Origin: Desulfatibacillum sp.
GTDB lineage: Bacteria > Desulfobacterota > Desulfobacteria > Desulfobacterales > SpSt-501
Direction: 5' to 3'
Assembly (NCBI GenBank): GCA_020725555.1
Contig: DYEU01000032.1
Span: forward strand, 241,656 to 305,655
Length of the DNA stretch: 64,000 nucleotides
Part shown: piece by piece, positions 61,715-64,000 of the stretch
Layout of the letters: every line of letters begins with the position of its first letter
Numbering within the stretch: the first letter of the stretch is position 1
Translations under genes and position numbers: made by a program
Notes under the pieces: model-generated
The model's database searches: none
Told to the model about the DNA's origin: nothing
The model's input: the letters and a program-made list of their open reading frames with translations, nothing else

Positions 61715-62275
61715 CTATTCTCCGTCCGCCTCCGGCGCCTTCTCGTGCTCGGGGCGGACGAGACCCGCCCGCTGGAAGGCACGGAAGGTCCGCTGGCGCA
61801 TCTCGTTCGCCTTGAGTTCCATCACCTGTTCGCGGCAGGCCATGTAGACGTCGAAGGCTGCGAGGACCATGCGGTCGATGCGTTCGTGGAGCTCGAAAAG
61901 AAGACCGGCGGCCTCGGCCGATCGCGGCGCCGCGCCGAAGCGCTCGGAAAGGATGCGCTTGAAGCGAAAGAGAAACTCGACCGCACGCGCGGGGGTGAGG
62001 TGCTGGACGGCGCGGATGCGCAGGATGGGGTCCAGCGCCTGCGTCACGGCCTCCATGTCCATCGCCCCGACCAGCTCGTCAAAGAGCCTCTCCAGCCCCC
62101 GCCGCGTGTGGTGCCCCACGGGGTTGGCGAAGGGGTCGCGGCGGTCCTTCAGGAAGGAGGCGGTGTCGCGGGCGTAGCCCTCGAGGGCGGCATCGAACCA
62201 GAGGGACAGCAGGGGCGCGCGTTCCTTGGCGATCCGAGCGAACAGAGCCTCTCCCATCGATGCCCCAGAGTCCAC
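61715..62275 (-). CDS. RsbRD_N-like domain protein (unknown function)
   Basis: FLKDRRDPFANPVGHHTRRGLERLFDEL matches my recollection of the RsbRD N-terminal domain family. The start may be the Met at 62257. Confidence 0.5.
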   Translation of the reverse strand: MDSGASMGEALFARIAKERAPLLSLWFDAALEGYARDTASFLKDRRDPFANPVGHHTRRGLERLFDELVGAMDMEAVTQALDPILRIRAVQHLTPARAVEFLFRFKRILSERFGAAPRSAEAAGLLFELHERIDRMVLAAFDVYMACREQVMELKANEMRQRTFRAFQRAGLVRPEHEKAPEADGE

Positions 62276-62397
62276 TCACCCCGCCTGCGGGCCGGAACCC
62301 CGCGGCGGTAGGGGGGAAACGGAGTGCGGCGAAACGGCCGGGAATGAGGGAGTTTTATTAGACGAGCTTGATGACCCTGTCAAGAATAAAGCCGCGG

Positions 62398-62425
62398 CTT
62401 GACGCGCGGCCGAGGGCCGGTAGAA
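62398..62425 (+). promoter_or_regulatory. Candidate sigma-70-type promoter for the zinc-ribbon gene
   Basis: TTGACG (62398-62403), 16-nt spacer, TAGAAT (62420-62425). ATG at 62477. Confidence 0.45.
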
Positions 62426-62476
62426 TGGCCGCGGAAGCCTTCGCGGAGCGCGGTCTCCGGGGGACGGGAAACGAGG

Positions 62477-62794
62477 ATGGAAAGCTTCTTCGTGTTCATC
62501 GGCGGCATCCAGCCCCGGCGGGTGACCGTGGACCCCGCGCCCCGCCGCTGCCCGCGCTGCGGCCGGCTCACGGCGACCCTGCAGCGCATCGACCATTACC
62601 TCAGCCTTTTTTTCATCCCCCTGCTCCGCGTGAAGCGCGGCGAGGACACCCTCGTCTGCAGCCGCTGCGGGGAGGCCCCCGCCGCGGGCTCCGGCCCGGA
62701 GCCCGACGCAACCGCCGCCCGCTTCTGCCGTTTCTGCCGGGAACCCTTCCCGGCCGACTATGTCTACTGCCCGCGCTGCGGCAGGCGGATGTGA
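62477..62794 (+). CDS. Zinc-ribbon domain protein (four CxxC pairs, one central TM-like segment)
   Basis: CPRCG...CSRCG...CRFCR...CPRCG. ATG at 62477 chosen, downstream of the candidate promoter. Confidence 0.6.
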   Translation: MESFFVFIGGIQPRRVTVDPAPRRCPRCGRLTATLQRIDHYLSLFFIPLLRVKRGEDTLVCSRCGEAPAAGSGPEPDATAARFCRFCREPFPADYVYCPRCGRRM

Positions 62795-62828
62795 CCTTCG
62801 GGGTGGGGCACCGCCATGGAGGGAGCTC

Positions 62829-63923
62829 TCAGGGGCGGAGCCCGCGGAAGATGCGCACCGCCCGGCCGAGCGCCGCAAGGCGCGCCGCCGGCCGCGCCGG
62901 CGCCCCGGCGGGCGGTTTCGCCGGGATGCGGATCAGGCGCCGCGCCAGACGGTCGGCCGTGTCCGGGACACGCCGCCCCCAGTAGCGATCGATGCGGCCG
63001 GCCAAGCGGTGCAGGGCCTCTGCGGCCGGGCCCTCGGGGTGGTCCGCGAGGAACGCCCGGCCCCGGCGCAACGCCTCCGCCACCGCCGGATCCTCCCGGA
63101 TGAAGCCGTAGAATTCCGGGGTCACCCCCAGCTTGACCCGGAGTGCGTTTTCGACCGCGTAGGCGACCTCGATCTCCTCGTCGCGCAGGGCGCGGTTGAG
63201 CACCACCCGCGGCCGGAGGCCTTCGCCGAGGGAGCGGATCTCGGCGGCGGCCGGGGGAAAGGCGGCGGCGATCCGCGCGGCGAACTCCTCCAGGCTGGAG
63301 GCCTGGGAGGCGAGCGGCTTCTCGCGCTCGGCCTTGAGCAGGCGGCTCAGCGCGGGGTTCTTCCACGCCGCCAGACGCTTTTCGATCCGGCGGTGGAGAT
63401 CGTTCTTCAGAAAAACCAGCATGCCCCCCAGCGCGGCCGCATCGGGGGTCGACACCAGAAGCCCCGCCTCCGTCATCCCGAAAAAGTCCAGCGTGGAAAG
63501 CGACGATCCCGCCCCGAGGTCGAGCACGACGACGTCGGCGGCGAGGCGCGCGAGATGCCGGATGAGCTTTGCCTTCTTTGCGCCGGGCAGGTTGGCGAGA
63601 AGCGGCGTCCAGCCGTCCCCGGGGAGAAAGCGCAACCGCTCCCAGGGAGTCTCGACCGCGAGGTCCTCCAGGTCGCCCGCGTGGCCGCAGAGAAAGTCGG
63701 AGAGGCCCGGGTTGCGGTTGGGAAGCCCGAGGAACCGGTGCAGGCTTGAGCCGCCGAAATCGAGATCGCAGACGATCGTGCGCCGGCCGCGGGCGGCCAG
63801 GGCGATCGCGAGGTTGGCGGCGAGAAACGATTTCCCCACCCCGCCTTTGCCGGAGGCGACGGGGAGCAGAAGCGGGCCGCCGGGCGGGGGGTCCGCACCC
63901 GGGTTTGACAGATCGGCAACCAT
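62829..63923 (-). CDS. MinD/ParA-family P-loop ATPase (FlhG/MinD-like) with long C-terminal extension
   Basis: Deviant Walker A VASGKGGVGKS, Walker B VVVLDLGAG. 364 aa. Confidence 0.8.
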   Translation of the reverse strand: MVADLSNPGADPPPGGPLLLPVASGKGGVGKSFLAANLAIALAARGRRTIVCDLDFGGSSLHRFLGLPNRNPGLSDFLCGHAGDLEDLAVETPWERLRFLPGDGWTPLLANLPGAKKAKLIRHLARLAADVVVLDLGAGSSLSTLDFFGMTEAGLLVSTPDAAALGGMLVFLKNDLHRRIEKRLAAWKNPALSRLLKAEREKPLASQASSLEEFAARIAAAFPPAAAEIRSLGEGLRPRVVLNRALRDEEIEVAYAVENALRVKLGVTPEFYGFIREDPAVAEALRRGRAFLADHPEGPAAEALHRLAGRIDRYWGRRVPDTADRLARRLIRIPAKPPAGAPARPAARLAALGRAVRIFRGLRP

Positions 63924-64000
63924 GATTAACGTTCTTCATGCAAAATTTAGACCATAAATCGCGGAACACTTTTCCGCCGGGGAGGAAGAATGCGGCTTGA

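Noticed and set aside
63990-64000. ATG preceded by GGGGAGGAAG at the window edge (possible start of a plus-strand gene)
   Set aside because: Only three and a half codons are visible, so neither reading frame nor product can be supported.
1-64000. tRNA, rRNA, tmRNA, selenocysteine recoding (in-frame TGA plus SECIS) or programmed frameshifts in the redox genes
   Set aside because: I could not recognise cloverleaf-like or rRNA-like segments in the few non-coding gaps. All called redox genes (HdrBC-like, DsrMKJOP) are intact, uninterrupted ORFs without in-frame stops.

Overview
Very GC-rich bacterial chromosomal window (roughly two-thirds G+C by eye, not computed). Gene content fits a sulfate/sulfite-respiring Desulfobacterota-type organism: dsrMKJOP, an HdrCB-like pair, FmdE, a sigma-54 activator. 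I call about 60 CDS. I recognised no rRNA, tRNA, CRISPR array, transposase or integrase. Because of the GC content, many very long Arg/Pro/Gly-rich alternative-frame ORFs in the track are artefacts. Layout: (1) 1-5.1 kb, Mo/W-cofactor maturation genes around an HdrCB-like pair. (2) 5.2-10.8 kb, PA2779-family protein, MFS transporter and a family-1 ABC importer. (3) 10.8-16.1 kb, a membrane-anchored sigma-54 activator divergent from a near-consensus -24/-12 promoter that drives an operon of unknown function (small secreted protein, enlarged TauE/SafE, lipoprotein, two small ORFs). (4) 16-20.2 kb, an 890-aa PEP-utilising protein and metY. (5) 20.2-51.4 kb, one contiguous phosphate-starvation supercluster: phoBR, pstC-A-S-B, phnCDE plus a GNAT, a C-P lyase operon (hexapeptide transferase-phnGHIJKLM-IMPase-family gene), phoU, phosphorus-free membrane-lipid genes (three glycosyltransferases, PAP2, a PHP-domain fusion, PhoH, an OlsF-like bifunctional acyltransferase, LysE) and a rifampicin-phosphotransferase-like PEP-utilising enzyme. 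(6) 51.5-56.4 kb, FIST plus hybrid histidine kinase, and aguAB. (7) 56.6-64 kb, dsrMKJOP, an RsbRD_N-like protein, a zinc-ribbon protein and a MinD/ParA ATPase. Main finding read directly from the sequence: about ten sites in eight intergenic regions of block 5 carry the same 7-bp unit repeated at exact 11-bp phase (CTAACCG-like in gene orientation). I interpret this as the organism's Pho box. It places the RPH-like enzyme, the lipid-remodelling operon and the non-canonical C-P lyase operon in one regulon. Best candidates for something undescribed: the Pho-box-controlled RPH-like phosphotransferase and PHP/half-glycosyltransferase lipid module, and the sigma-54 envelope module at 10.8-16.1 kb. 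All functional calls rest on motif and architecture recognition only; no searches were run.
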